A stretch of 64,000 bases of DNA from Alphaproteobacteria bacterium (GTDB lineage Bacteria; Pseudomonadota; Alphaproteobacteria; SP197): the NCBI GenBank assembly GCA_965228895.1, contig OZ245842.1, forward strand, positions 224,001-288,000, in the 5' to 3' direction. Both the position numbers and the translations under genes were made by a program. Positions 20,133 to 30,394 of this stretch are shown here, piece by piece; the stretch's first letter is position 1, and every line of letters starts with the position of its first letter. Under the pieces are notes generated by a model that was not told the DNA's origin, did no database searches, and worked only from the letters and a program-made list of their open reading frames with translations.

Positions 20133-20987
20133 TCAATCCTGGTTCGCCTTGCCCTCGACCTCCAGGCGCATCCAGATCTCCTCGACCCAATCCTTGATGA
20201 CAAGCGCTTCGGCCCAGCGGTCCGAGAGTTCCCAGCCGTCCTTGTCCGTCATCGCATAGGGCGGCGGTCCGAGTTCGACCAGGAAGTTCAAGGTGGCGTC
20301 GGCGGGTTCGCGAAAGCGCCACTTGCGCAGGCCGTCTTCCCACCACTGGCGGAACTTTCCGACCCAGCCCTGCTGTTGGGGAAAATCGAGCTGGACTTGC
20401 ACCTGTTCGCGGCTGGCGACGCGGCCCTGGAACGCCACGCTGCGGTCCAGGATCTGCTGGATCCAGTTCTCGTCGCGGGTCGGGATCGGCCAGGTGAACT
20501 CGCGCCCGACGACAAAGTGGGAGAGGTCGGCGCAAAGCCGCATTTGGGGCACCGCCGCCATAAGCTGCAGCGTATAGAGCATGTCGGTGGTGATGCAGTC
20601 GCGGTGGGTCTCGATGGTGATCGGCATGCCCGATGCCTCGCCCATCTCCAGCCAGCGTTTGATGATGTCGGCGCCTTCTGCGACGGTCATCGGGTAGAGC
20701 TGGCCGATGATGTTCAGATGCCGCGCGCCGAGTTCCAGCGCCATGTCGATATCGGATTGCAGGCCCTCGACCGACTTGGGGAAGGCGCAGCAGGTGCAGG
20801 CGAGCCCAGCTTGATCCAGCAGTTTTTTGGCCGGGCGCGATATCTCCGGCACGAAGCTATAGAGATCCATGCCGGCATAACCGGACTCTGCGATCATCTC
20901 GACCTGTTCTTCCAAGGACCATTCGTCACCGTCAGGCCGGCGCCGCTCCATCGCCCAGACGGACTGGAAGACCTCTAGCTTTTGCAT
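20133..20987 (-). CDS. Sugar phosphate isomerase/epimerase-like TIM barrel protein
   Basis: IETHR, ADLSHF, GRVASREQVQV, ELGPPPYA motifs of the xylose isomerase-like family. Confidence 0.75.
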   Translation of the reverse strand: MQKLEVFQSVWAMERRRPDGDEWSLEEQVEMIAESGYAGMDLYSFVPEISRPAKKLLDQAGLACTCCAFPKSVEGLQSDIDMALELGARHLNIIGQLYPMTVAEGADIIKRWLEMGEASGMPITIETHRDCITTDMLYTLQLMAAVPQMRLCADLSHFVVGREFTWPIPTRDENWIQQILDRSVAFQGRVASREQVQVQLDFPQQQGWVGKFRQWWEDGLRKWRFREPADATLNFLVELGPPPYAMTDKDGWELSDRWAEALVIKDWVEEIWMRLEVEGKANQD

Positions 20988-21012
20988 GGTGATAAACTCC
21001 GTTGTCCCATGT

Positions 21013-21876
21013 TCACGGCCAGGTCGCGACCGGCGGCAGCGACATCAGTACGGCTTCGGGATTGCCGCCCGTCATCAGACCGAAGCGGGTGCCGCGGTCA
21101 TAGACCAGGTTGAACTCGGCATAGCGCCCGCGATAGGCCAGTTGGTGTTCCCGCTGAGCGTCGCTCCACGGTTCGTCCCTATGCCGCGCGACCAGGTCGG
21201 GATAGATCCGCAGAAATGTCTCGCCGACGTCTTGCGTGAAGGCAAAGGCATCGTCGTCGGCGTTAATGTAGTCATAGAAAATGCCGCCGACGCCGCGCGC
21301 GGTGTCGCGGTGTTTGATGAAGAAGTAGTCGTCGGCCCATTCCTTGAACTTCTGATGGTCGGCGCAGTCATGGCGGCCGCACGCTGCTTCGAGCGCGGCG
21401 TGAAAGTCGGCGGTGTCGCGGTCATCGGGCAAGGGTGGGTTCAGATCAGCCCCGCCGCCGTACCACGCCTTGCCGGATGTCGCGATGTGGCGCGTGTTCA
21501 TGTGGATGGCGGGTACCAGGGGTGACTGCATATGGGCAACCAGCGAAATGCCGGCGGCCCAGAACCGGCTGTCGTCGCCGGCGCCGGGAATCTCGCCGCG
21601 GAACTTCTCGTCGAACTCGCCCCACACTTCCGAGACGTTGACACCGACCTTTTCGAACACCCGGCCTTTCATGACCGCCATGGTGCCGCCGCCACCGCCG
21701 GGGCGATCCCATGACTTTTTTTCGAAGCGGCCTGCCGGGCAATCCGCATAGGTGCCGGTGAGTTCGTCTTCCAGAGTTTCGAATGCGTCGCATATGCGAT
21801 TGCGCAGATCTTCGAACCACGTGACGGCGCGTTGTTTGGTGTGGCTGTCGCCGGGTCCCCGTTTGGATTGGCTCAT
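21013..21876 (-). CDS. hemF: Oxygen-dependent coproporphyrinogen III oxidase
   Basis: VFEKVGVNVS, WYGGGADL, RGVGGIFYD, RGRYAEFNLVYDRGTRFGL, LMSLPP. Confidence 0.96.
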   Translation of the reverse strand: MSQSKRGPGDSHTKQRAVTWFEDLRNRICDAFETLEDELTGTYADCPAGRFEKKSWDRPGGGGGTMAVMKGRVFEKVGVNVSEVWGEFDEKFRGEIPGAGDDSRFWAAGISLVAHMQSPLVPAIHMNTRHIATSGKAWYGGGADLNPPLPDDRDTADFHAALEAACGRHDCADHQKFKEWADDYFFIKHRDTARGVGGIFYDYINADDDAFAFTQDVGETFLRIYPDLVARHRDEPWSDAQREHQLAYRGRYAEFNLVYDRGTRFGLMTGGNPEAVLMSLPPVATWP

Positions 21877-22355
21877 GAATGTCCCTGGGCTTGTTCGCTG
21901 CCAGACATGGCGGGAAAGCCGGTCTGGCGCAAGGCTTCGCCCAGGGCGATGGCGCCGGCGACGGCAACATTGAGGGATCGCGCGCTGTCAGCCATGGGGA
22001 TCCGGGTCCGGATGTCTGCGGTTTCCTGGACGAAATCGGGCACGCCCGCCGACTCCCGGCCCAACAGCAGAATGTCGTTCCGCCTAAAGTCGATCTGCCA
22101 GAGCGGCTGACTGGCTTTGGTCGTCAACAGCACCAGGCGCCCCGGCCCGCGGTCCCGCTGGAACGCGTCCCATGAGGTATGGCGCGTCAGGTCGAGCCGA
22201 TCGCCGTAGTCCATGAGGGCGCGTCGAAACCGGGCGTCGCCAAGCTGGAAACCGGCCGGTTCGATCAGATCGACGGGTACGGCGAAGCAGGCCGCCATGC
22301 GCAAAAGCGTGCCTGTATTCTGGGGAATATCCGGTTCATAGAGGGCAAGGCGCAT
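21873..22355 (-). CDS. trmL: tRNA (cytidine(34)-2'-O)-methyltransferase
   Basis: LYEPDIPQNTG, RRALMDY, GRESAGVP, RSLNVAVA (SPOUT). Confidence 0.92.
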   Translation of the reverse strand: MRLALYEPDIPQNTGTLLRMAACFAVPVDLIEPAGFQLGDARFRRALMDYGDRLDLTRHTSWDAFQRDRGPGRLVLLTTKASQPLWQIDFRRNDILLLGRESAGVPDFVQETADIRTRIPMADSARSLNVAVAGAIALGEALRQTGFPAMSGSEQAQGHS

Positions 22356-22382
22356 AGCGTTGAGAATCCTTGGTTTGCGCCC

Positions 22383-22410
22383 CTTGCTTATCCGGTTTTG
22401 ACAGTATAAT
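22383..22410 (+). promoter_or_regulatory. Candidate sigma70 promoter of petABC
   Basis: CTTGCTT about 15-16 nt upstream of a perfect TATAAT (22405-22410); spacing slightly short. Confidence 0.35.
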
Positions 22411-22523
22411 CATGGCCCGCCTCACGGAAAGGTGTGGCACCGCAGGCGCGGGAGATCGGGTGTCGCGGCCGGGATGCTGGCGCGGATCGATCATTGGGTT
22501 GGATAACTGTGTAGGGGCCACGC

Positions 22524-23048
22524 ATGGTGGATCAGACAGCAGGCGCGCAAGGCGAGACCCGGCGCGATTTCCTCTATGTGGCGACCGGCGCCGTGGCCGG
22601 CGTCGGTGCGCTGGCTACGCTCTGGCCACTGATCGATCAGATGAACCCGGCGGAAGACGTGCTCGCCTTAAGCTCGACCGAGGTCGATTTGTCGCAAGTT
22701 CCCGTCGGTCAGCAGATCGTCGTGAGCTGGCGCAGCAAACCAGTTTTCATCCGCCATCGTACAGAAGAAGACATTGCCGAAGCCGAAGCGGTTCCGTTGG
22801 AGGAGCTGAAAGACCCACAGACTGACGACGACCGCGTGCTCAAGCCCGAATGGCTGATCATGGTGGGCATCTGCACCCATCTTGGCTGCATTCCCTTGGC
22901 CGACCAGGGTGAATATGACGGCTGGTTTTGCCCTTGCCACGGTTCGCACTACGACACGTCCGGGCGGATCCGCAAAGGACCGGCGCCGTTGAACCTGACG
23001 GTTCCAACTTATGAGTTTCTCGACGATACCACCGTGCGTATCGGGTAA
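22524..23048 (+). CDS. petA: Ubiquinol-cytochrome c reductase Rieske Fe-S subunit
   Basis: Tat motif RRDFL; CTHLGC and CPCHGS boxes. Confidence 0.97.
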   Translation: MVDQTAGAQGETRRDFLYVATGAVAGVGALATLWPLIDQMNPAEDVLALSSTEVDLSQVPVGQQIVVSWRSKPVFIRHRTEEDIAEAEAVPLEELKDPQTDDDRVLKPEWLIMVGICTHLGCIPLADQGEYDGWFCPCHGSHYDTSGRIRKGPAPLNLTVPTYEFLDDTTVRIG

Positions 23049-23060
23049 GCGGGGCGCGAG

Positions 23061-24326
23061 ATGAACGGATTGATGAATATTGCCTTCGTGCGCTGGTTCG
23101 ACAGCCGGCTACCGATCTTCTCTTACGTCAACGAGCATCTGGTCGAGTACCCGGCGCCGCGCAACCTGAACTATGCGTGGAGCTTCGGATCGCTGGCCGG
23201 CATCGCGCTGGTCATTCAGATCATCACGGGCATCGTGCTCGCCATGCATTACATCCCGAACACCGAGATGGCGTTTGACAGCGTCGAGCGCATCATGCGC
23301 GACGTGAACTATGGCTGGCTGCTGCGCTACGTTCATGCCAACGGCGCGTCGCTGTTCTTCGTTGTCGTCTATATCCACATCTTCCGCGGTCTCTATTACG
23401 GCTCCTATAAGGCGCCACGCGAGGTGCTGTGGTGGTTGGGCATCATCATTCTGCTCTTGATGATGGCAACCGCGTTCATGGGTTATGTGCTGCCGTGGGG
23501 CCAGATGAGCTTCTGGGGCGCGACCGTGATCACCAACCTGTTCTCGGCCATCCCCTGGATCGGACCAGGCATCGTCGAATGGCTGTGGGGCGGTTTCGCG
23601 GTCGGCAACCCGACGCTGACCCGCTTCTACAGTCTCCACTATCTCCTGCCGTTCGTGATCGTCGGTGTGGTGTTCCTGCATCTGTGGGCCCTGCACCACA
23701 AGAAGTCGAACAATCCGCTGGGAATCGACTACAAGGGCCCGCAGGACTTCATCCCGTTCCACCCGTACTACACGATCAAGGACGCTGTGGGCTTGGGCGT
23801 CTTCCTGATCGTCTTCGCGGCCTTCGTTTTCTATGCGCCGAACTACATGGGCCATCCGGATAACTACATCCCGGCCGATCCGCTGGTGACGCCCGCCCAT
23901 ATCGTGCCGGAGTGGTACTTCCTGCCGTTCTACGCGATCCTGCGCGCGGTGCCGGATATCTGGTTCATCGACGCCAAGCTTGGCGGTGTCATCGCCATGT
24001 TCGCGTCGATCCTGATCCTGCTCATAATCCCCTGGCTCGATACATCGCGGGTGCGCTCGTCGACGTTCCGGCCGGTCTACAAGTGGTTCTTCCTGTTGCT
24101 GCTGATCGATGTGCTGGTGCTGGGCTATGTCGGCGCCAAACCGGCGGAAGGTTGGTGGCTGGTAGCGGGTCGTATCGCGACCACCTACTACTTCCTGCAC
24201 TTCATCATTGTGATGCCGCTGATCGGTTGGTTCGAACGGCCCAGGCAGATGCCCGACAGCATCGCCACGCCGGTGCTGGGTGGCGGTGCGCCGCTCGCGG
24301 CGGCCGCGCCGCGTGACAAGGCTTGA
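23061..24326 (+). CDS. petB: Cytochrome b
   Basis: [37 protein letters not shown]. Confidence 0.98.
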   Translation: MNGLMNIAFVRWFDSRLPIFSYVNEHLVEYPAPRNLNYAWSFGSLAGIALVIQIITGIVLAMHYIPNTEMAFDSVERIMRDVNYGWLLRYVHANGASLFFVVVYIHIFRGLYYGSYKAPREVLWWLGIIILLLMMATAFMGYVLPWGQMSFWGATVITNLFSAIPWIGPGIVEWLWGGFAVGNPTLTRFYSLHYLLPFVIVGVVFLHLWALHHKKSNNPLGIDYKGPQDFIPFHPYYTIKDAVGLGVFLIVFAAFVFYAPNYMGHPDNYIPADPLVTPAHIVPEWYFLPFYAILRAVPDIWFIDAKLGGVIAMFASILILLIIPWLDTSRVRSSTFRPVYKWFFLLLLIDVLVLGYVGAKPAEGWWLVAGRIATTYYFLHFIIVMPLIGWFERPRQMPDSIATPVLGGGAPLAAAAPRDKA

Positions 24327-24337
24327 GGGAGGCGACC

Positions 24338-25090
24338 ATGAAAAAGCTACTCGTCACGGCCGCGCTCTCTTTCGCCCTTGTCACATCATCGGCTGCCATG
24401 GCGGCCGAGCTGGTTTCCCCGCCTGAACGCACGTGGTCGTTCCAGGGTATCTTCGGAACCTATGACAAGAGCGAGCTGCAGCGCGGCATGCAGATCTATC
24501 TGGAGGTCTGCTCAAGCTGCCACGGGCTAAAGTACGTCCGTTTCCGCAATTTGGAGGCGCTTGGCTTCAACGAAGATCAGGTCAAGGCGATCGCGTCCGG
24601 CTTCGAGGTCGAGGACGGACCGAACGTCGACGGCGACATGTTCTTCCGTCCGGCGCTGCCCAGCGATGCGTTCCCGTCGCCGTTCCCGAACGCGGAGGCC
24701 GCACGCGCTGCCAATGGCGGGGCCTTGCCGCCCGACCTGTCGCTGCAAGCCAAGCGCAATAAGTACGGCGCCGATTACATCGCGGCGCTGCTGAGCGGGT
24801 ATGACGGCAGTGATCCGACCGATGACGGTCTTTATCACAACGAATATTTTGCTGGTGGTCTAATCGCCATGGCGCCGCCGCTGGGCGACGATTACGTCAC
24901 CTATGCCGACGGCACCGAGGCAACGCTGGAACAGCAATCACAGGACGTCGCGGCGTTCCTGATGTGGGCGGCTGAGCCCAAGCTTGAGGATCGCAAGTCC
25001 ATGGGTATCAAGGTCCTGTTGTTCCTGCTGATCCTGACCGGCTTGTTCTACGTCTCGAAGCGCAAGATCTGGGCAAAGCTCCATCACTGA
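24338..25090 (+). CDS. petC: Cytochrome c1
   Basis: Signal peptide, CSSCH heme motif, PPDLSL, IAMAPPL, FLMWAAEP, C-terminal TM. Confidence 0.96.
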   Translation: MKKLLVTAALSFALVTSSAAMAAELVSPPERTWSFQGIFGTYDKSELQRGMQIYLEVCSSCHGLKYVRFRNLEALGFNEDQVKAIASGFEVEDGPNVDGDMFFRPALPSDAFPSPFPNAEAARAANGGALPPDLSLQAKRNKYGADYIAALLSGYDGSDPTDDGLYHNEYFAGGLIAMAPPLGDDYVTYADGTEATLEQQSQDVAAFLMWAAEPKLEDRKSMGIKVLLFLLILTGLFYVSKRKIWAKLHH

Positions 25091-25128
25091 GTTGACCGCG
25101 CGTCCGGTTGATCCGACCGGGTCATGCT

Positions 25129-25268
25129 CTAGAGCAGATCCTGTTTTGGTGGAATCACTTTGCGATTCCGTCAATGCAGGTGAATCTGCTCTACTCAAAA
25201 ATGGAGAGCGGATTCACATGGTTAGGTGGAACCGTCAAACGGTTCCACCTAACCATGATCCGCTCTAG
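25129..25268 (+). repeat. Double-hairpin intergenic element, copy A (RIME/MITE-like)
   Basis: CTAGAGCAGATC...GATCCGCTCTAG, 140 bp; two long inverted repeats separated by an AT-rich spacer; homologous copies elsewhere in the window. Confidence 0.9.
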
Positions 25269-25310
25269 AGTGTGCCGGTCGGTGAGGGGTCGGCAGTCTG
25301 CGGGGGCGTG

Positions 25311-26195
25311 ATGGGCGAAACCGTTCTAGGTGTGATCGGTGGCAGCGGTGTCTATGACATCGACGGCTTGGACGATGCACGCTGGATCAAGGTCGATACG
25401 CCCTGGGGTTCGCCTTCCGACGAGATGCTGCAGGGCACGCTTGACGGCCAGAAGCTCGTCTTTTTGCCGCGGCACGGTCGCGGCCACCACATCTCGCCAA
25501 CCGGCCTGAATGCCCGCGCCAATATCGATGCCATGAAACGTCTGGGTGTCACCGATATCCTGTCGGTCGGTGCGGTCGGGTCGCTGAGAGAAGAGCTGGC
25601 GCCGGGCATGTTCGTGCTGGTCGATCAATACATCGACCGCTCCCATCTGAGGACGAAGAGTTTCTTTGGCGACGGCCTGGTCGCGCATATCTCGCTTGCC
25701 CATCCCGCCTGTTCCCGGCTGGCCGGACTGATCGAAACGGCGCTCCAACGTGAGGACATCGCGCATCATCGCGGCGGCACCTATCTGGTGATGGAGGGTC
25801 CGCAGTTCTCGACTTATGCCGAAAGCCAGCTCTATCGCAGTTGGGGCTGCGACGTCATCGGCATGACCGCGATGCCCGAGGCGCGCCTCGCCCGCGAGGC
25901 CGAGATTTGCTACGTCACCGTCGCCATGGTGACCGACTATGACTGTTGGCACGATGGCCATGAGAACGTGACGGTGGATTCGATCCTTAAGGTCTTGCAC
26001 GCCAACGCCGACCACGCACGCCAGTTGGTGCGGGCGCTGGCGCCGTTGGTCGCGCGCCAGGGCAAGCTGTGCGATGCCGGCTGCGACAGGGCGCTCGATA
26101 CCGCCTTGATCACGGCGCCGGACAAGCGCGATCGCGAACTGATCGCACGGTTGGATGCGGTGGCTGGACGTGTATTGGGCAGCGGAGCCGATTGA
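25311..26195 (+). CDS. mtnP: S-methyl-5'-thioadenosine phosphorylase
   Basis: [40 protein letters not shown]. Confidence 0.93.
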   Translation: MGETVLGVIGGSGVYDIDGLDDARWIKVDTPWGSPSDEMLQGTLDGQKLVFLPRHGRGHHISPTGLNARANIDAMKRLGVTDILSVGAVGSLREELAPGMFVLVDQYIDRSHLRTKSFFGDGLVAHISLAHPACSRLAGLIETALQREDIAHHRGGTYLVMEGPQFSTYAESQLYRSWGCDVIGMTAMPEARLAREAEICYVTVAMVTDYDCWHDGHENVTVDSILKVLHANADHARQLVRALAPLVARQGKLCDAGCDRALDTALITAPDKRDRELIARLDAVAGRVLGSGAD

Positions 26196-26196
26196 G

Positions 26197-26715
26197 ATGG
26201 ATATCAAGTCGTTGGTGCGGAACATTCCGGACTATCCCCAGAAAGGCATCATGTTTCGCGACATCACCACCTTGTTCGGTGATGCCGGTGGTTTCCGCCG
26301 CACGGTTGACGAACTGGTGCAGCCCTATGCCGGTCAAAAGATCGACGCGGTTGCCGGGATCGAGGCCCGCGGTTTTATCCTGGGCGGCGCGGTCGCGCAC
26401 CAGCTCTCGGTCGGTTTCATCCCGGTGCGCAAGATGGGCAAGCTGCCCTGGGCGACGATCGGTATGGACTATGATCTGGAATACGGCTCCGATCGTGTCG
26501 AGATCCATGAGGATGCCGTGTCGGCCGGCCAGCGCGTCCTGTTGGTTGATGATCTGCTCGCCACCGGCGGCACGATTTCGGCCGGTATTCAGTTGTTGCG
26601 TCAAGCCAGCGCAGACATTGTCGGCTGTGCCTTCGTCATCGAGTTGTCGGAACTGGGTGGCGCCAAACAGCTTGAGGCCTTGGGTGTGCCGTTTCACGCC
26701 CTGGTCGAGTACTAG
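26197..26715 (+). CDS. apt: Adenine phosphoribosyltransferase
   Basis: [41 protein letters not shown]. Confidence 0.96.
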   Translation: MDIKSLVRNIPDYPQKGIMFRDITTLFGDAGGFRRTVDELVQPYAGQKIDAVAGIEARGFILGGAVAHQLSVGFIPVRKMGKLPWATIGMDYDLEYGSDRVEIHEDAVSAGQRVLLVDDLLATGGTISAGIQLLRQASADIVGCAFVIELSELGGAKQLEALGVPFHALVEY

Positions 26716-26725
26716 GGCAGGCGTT

Positions 26726-27574
26726 GTGGCCGGCGACATCACCGGTATCGACCACACCCTGATCAACGCTAATGATCTGGAAGCCGACCGTGACACCTAT
26801 ATCCGTCTGGGGTTCAACCCGACGCCGCGTGGTCGCCATCCGCAATGGGGCACCGGCAACTATTGTTTCATGCTGGAGCGCGGCTATCTGGAGCTGATCG
26901 GCGTCGTCGACCCCGACGAGTTTGCCGCCAACGCCGCGCGCCGTGGTGAACGCAACCATGAACCCGGGCTGTCTGCGATCGCGCTGGCAACCGACGACGG
27001 CGCGGCGGCGGCCGCGAACCTGAACGACGCCGGCATTGCTGTCGATGGACCCAAAGATCTCTCGCGATTGATCGAAGAGTCGGGCGAGACGAGCGAACCG
27101 CGTTTTCAGATCGTGCACCTGCCGGACGCGGCGACGCCCGGTCTACCCATGTTCCTGTGTCATCATCAGACACCCGAACTGGTGCGGCGGGAAGGCTGGA
27201 CCTTTCACCCGAATGGCGCCAAGCGCCTTAAGAGCGTCGCGGTTCCGTGCGAAGACACCGAGCCGCTGATCGAGGCCTATTCAAGGCTGTTGGGCGAAAA
27301 CGCCGTTACGGCGACCGATGCCATCGTGACTCTTTGGCTGGGCGATGAGAGCATTCTCTTTGCTTCCCACGATGACCTGGACGAGCTCTACCCGGATCTG
27401 TTGCCCGAATCCGATGACGTGCCGTGCCCGGCTGTGATTACCGTGGAAGTCGCCGATCTCGAGGCGACAGCGAGGGTCTTGGCATCGGCCAGCATTCCGC
27501 TGTTGCGCGAGGAGCGCTCGGTCATGGTCGCGGCGGAAGACGCCTGTGGTGTCGCGCTGGTGTTTTCGGCCTAA
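26726..27574 (+). CDS. VOC/glyoxalase-like domain protein
   Basis: IDHTLI...RLGFNPTPRGRHPQWGTGNYC...YLELIG (Glyoxalase_3 pattern); GTG start inferred just after the apt stop. Confidence 0.8.
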   Translation: MAGDITGIDHTLINANDLEADRDTYIRLGFNPTPRGRHPQWGTGNYCFMLERGYLELIGVVDPDEFAANAARRGERNHEPGLSAIALATDDGAAAAANLNDAGIAVDGPKDLSRLIEESGETSEPRFQIVHLPDAATPGLPMFLCHHQTPELVRREGWTFHPNGAKRLKSVAVPCEDTEPLIEAYSRLLGENAVTATDAIVTLWLGDESILFASHDDLDELYPDLLPESDDVPCPAVITVEVADLEATARVLASASIPLLREERSVMVAAEDACGVALVFSA

Positions 27575-27578
27575 CTGG

Positions 27579-28922
27579 TCAGGCGGTCAGGGCCCGGACC
27601 CAGTCGCGGGCAACCTCCAGATAACGGTCGATATCGGCCTCCGACATGGCAAATGAAACGGCGGGGCCCGCCGTCACGATCGCCTCCCAAACGCCGCGGT
27701 TGGCCATGAACACGCGACGGCAGTCGGCCAGCGCGACGTCTATCATGGCAACGGCCTCGCTGCCGTTGACCGGCTCGCGCGTTCCGGCAAGCCAGCCTGC
27801 TCGGCTGGTCAGGTGTTGGGCGCGCCAGGGTAGGCTGGCTTCGTCGATGATCGCCTGAATGCCGCTTGCCAGCTTGGTGCCGCGTTGCGCGTTCCTGGCG
27901 TAGCCGTCCCTGGTCAGCACGTGGCTCAGGGTGGCCTGGGCCGCAGCCAGTGACAGCGCGTTGGCGTAGAGCGTGCCGCCGGTCGCCAAACCAGCCTCGT
28001 CACCGGCATGGTCGAACAGGTGGCGGTCCATGAGGTCGGCCAGGTCCTTTCCGAAGCCATAGGCGCCGATCGGAATGCCGCCGGCCAGGTTCTTGCCTAA
28101 GACGACGATGTGCGGCTTCAGGGCCCACAGATTTACCAGACCGCCAAAGGCCAGCATGTGGGTGTGGGTCTCGTCGGCGATCAACAACGCACCATGGCGC
28201 TCGCAGACCTCGCGCAGGCCGGCCAGGAAGCCATCCTGGGGCAGGACCAGACCGACATTGGTCAGCGCCGGCTCGACCAGTACGCAAGCGGTCGTCCGTT
28301 TTGCCAATTCGCGCTCGACGTTGTCCAGATCGTTGAACGGCACCACCGAGGTGTTGCGGCTGTGATCGTCGGGCAGGCCCAGCGCAAAGGATTTCGGCCG
28401 TTCGCCGTCGTGGTCGACCATGGTTTCGCTGAGATGGCCATGATAGCTGCCGTCGAACATCAAGACGCCGTCGCGCCCGGTCGCCAGACGCGCCAGGCGA
28501 ATGGCTTCGCTGTTGGCCGATGAGGCTGAGAGTGTGTATTGCCAATGGCTCAGGCCGAACCGCCGCGCCAATTCCTCCGAGACGGTGATCGCATCCTCGA
28601 CCGGCAGCAGAAACTGGACGCCCGACGCGACACGCTCGTCGATGGCGCGGGTCACAGCCGGCTCCGCATAGCCGGTGTTGCTGCTCATGTCCGCCTGGTT
28701 GAAGTCGATGTATTCGTGGCCGTCGACATCGCGAAAGCGGGCCCCGCCGCCGGATGCCACAAACATCGGCGGGTGATGGTAGAGACCGCGCATCCACGCC
28801 ATGGGCACACCGGACGGCATCGATGTCTCGGCCCGCTCGTGCAGCGTGGCCGAACGCGGCCGTGCCTTTTCGAAACGCTCCAGCTCGCGCGCGGCGACAT
28901 CGGCAATGCGTTTGGAATCCAT
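27579..28922 (-). CDS. Class III PLP aminotransferase (glutamate-1-semialdehyde aminomutase-like)
   Basis: GVPMAWM, DVDGHEYIDF, GSYHG, LIADETH, LGKNLAGGIPIGAYG, GGTLYAN. Confidence 0.85.
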   Translation of the reverse strand: MDSKRIADVAARELERFEKARPRSATLHERAETSMPSGVPMAWMRGLYHHPPMFVASGGGARFRDVDGHEYIDFNQADMSSNTGYAEPAVTRAIDERVASGVQFLLPVEDAITVSEELARRFGLSHWQYTLSASSANSEAIRLARLATGRDGVLMFDGSYHGHLSETMVDHDGERPKSFALGLPDDHSRNTSVVPFNDLDNVERELAKRTTACVLVEPALTNVGLVLPQDGFLAGLREVCERHGALLIADETHTHMLAFGGLVNLWALKPHIVVLGKNLAGGIPIGAYGFGKDLADLMDRHLFDHAGDEAGLATGGTLYANALSLAAAQATLSHVLTRDGYARNAQRGTKLASGIQAIIDEASLPWRAQHLTSRAGWLAGTREPVNGSEAVAMIDVALADCRRVFMANRGVWEAIVTAGPAVSFAMSEADIDRYLEVARDWVRALTA

Positions 28923-29140
28923 CGGTTAACTCCTCGATCTCGCTGTCGATCGGCGAGAGTCTATTCTGATTGCGTGTGTCGCGTGTCCAAACTGTGGCAC
29001 GCGCCGATTTGACCCTTGCATTCGAAAAGACAGTACGCATGTGTTGCCGTAAGGGAAGGCTTGGTCACGCCACCCGATCTCACAACGGCGATCCGCGGTT
29101 CACGTGGAGTCGGATTTCACGAAGGTCAATCAGGGGATCC

Positions 29141-29704
29141 ATGAGTTTCAGAGAACGTTACCTCAACCGGCGCATGCTTTTGGAGGTGGGGCCGGTCCTG
29201 GTCTTTTTCGCCGTGAACATCGGCTGGGGACTGATGCCGGCGACCGCCGCCGTGATGGCGGCGACGGCCGTTGCGGTCGCGACCGGCTGGGCTTTGGACC
29301 GCCACGTACCGGTCTTCGGCCTGGTCACGGTGTTTATCGTCCTGGTGCTGGGCGGATTGGGCCTGGCGCTGGACGACGCCATCTACATTCAGATCAAGCC
29401 GACCGTCGGCGAGGTCATGTTCGCCGTGGCGCTTGCCTTGGGCCTTCTGCTTCGCCCAAGCCTTTTGGAACGTGGCCTCTCATCGCATGTTCAACTGACC
29501 AAGCGGGGTTGGCGCGTACTGACATGGCGCTGGATCGGCCTGGCGCTCGGGTGGGCAGCCGCCAACGAGGTGGCGCGCCAAACCCTGTCGGTCGACGATT
29601 GGGTGACGTTCCGGCTCGTCATGGCCATCGGCGCCTTCGTGCTCTACGTCGTGGTCACGCGGGTGACGGCGCCACGCTACTGGGACGGCCCGCTTCCGGA
29701 CTAG
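29141..29704 (+). CDS. YciB/IspZ-like inner membrane protein
   Basis: LEVGPVLVFF, IKPT, LTKRGWRVLTWRW, NEV, WVTF pattern; start at ATG after AGGGG. Confidence 0.75.
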   Translation: MSFRERYLNRRMLLEVGPVLVFFAVNIGWGLMPATAAVMAATAVAVATGWALDRHVPVFGLVTVFIVLVLGGLGLALDDAIYIQIKPTVGEVMFAVALALGLLLRPSLLERGLSSHVQLTKRGWRVLTWRWIGLALGWAAANEVARQTLSVDDWVTFRLVMAIGAFVLYVVVTRVTAPRYWDGPLPD

Positions 29705-29716
29705 CTGGCGGGCGCT

Positions 29717-30382
29717 TTAGCCGAGATAGCGCCGAAAGGTCTCAAGCGTGCGTTCGCGCGCCAACCGCGCCGAGTGTTCATGCCAGGATCCCCGCTGATC
29801 GCAGGCAAAGCCGTGACCGGCCGGATAGGTGAAGACGACGGCGTCTGGGTGTTTGGCGCGGATCGCCTCGATGTTCTCCGGCGGGAACGTCGCGTCGGTC
29901 TCGCCCAGCATCATGGTCATCGGACAGGTCGGCGTCTCGTCGACAAAGTCGATGGTCATCGATCCGTAGTAGCCGACGGCGCAATCGACGCCCAGACGTG
30001 TCGCCGAGAGCCAAGCCAGCGTGCCGCCCCAGCAATAGCCGACGACGCCGACTTTGCCCGATGTCTTGACGGCGTCGCGCGCCGCGGCGACATCGCGCAT
30101 GACGTCATCGATGGCGATCGAAGCGCGCAGCTCGCGGCCCCTGGTCACGTCTTCGTCGCTGTAATCGAGCTCGATACCCGGTTCGATCCGGTCGTAGAGG
30201 GCGGGTGCGATGGTGTCGTAGCCGTCGGCGGCAAAGCCATCGACCAGGCTGCGGATATGGCCGTTGACGCCAAAGATCTCCTGCAACAGCACGACCGCGC
30301 CACGCGGAGTGCCGTCGGGTGTCGCGCGATAGGCGGCCAGCGTGTGGCCGTCTTCGGCGGTCAGGTTCGTCCAATTCGGCAT
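29717..30382 (-). CDS. Dienelactone hydrolase family protein
   Basis: QEIFGVN, GYCWGG nucleophile, AGHGF. Confidence 0.92.
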   Translation of the reverse strand: MPNWTNLTAEDGHTLAAYRATPDGTPRGAVVLLQEIFGVNGHIRSLVDGFAADGYDTIAPALYDRIEPGIELDYSDEDVTRGRELRASIAIDDVMRDVAAARDAVKTSGKVGVVGYCWGGTLAWLSATRLGVDCAVGYYGSMTIDFVDETPTCPMTMMLGETDATFPPENIEAIRAKHPDAVVFTYPAGHGFACDQRGSWHEHSARLARERTLETFRRYLG

Positions 30383-30394
30383 GCCTTTGCTCCG

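Noticed and set aside
25108-25311. 67-aa ORF through repeat copy A as an RPE-like coding insertion
   Set aside because: No copy lies inside a real gene, net insertion is 136 bp (not a multiple of 3), and there is no convincing RBS.
26069-26725. Long N-terminal extension of the VOC ORF overlapping mtnP and apt
   Set aside because: Alternate-frame Arg/Ser/Pro-rich sequence over apt; VOC similarity starts only at the GTG at 26726.
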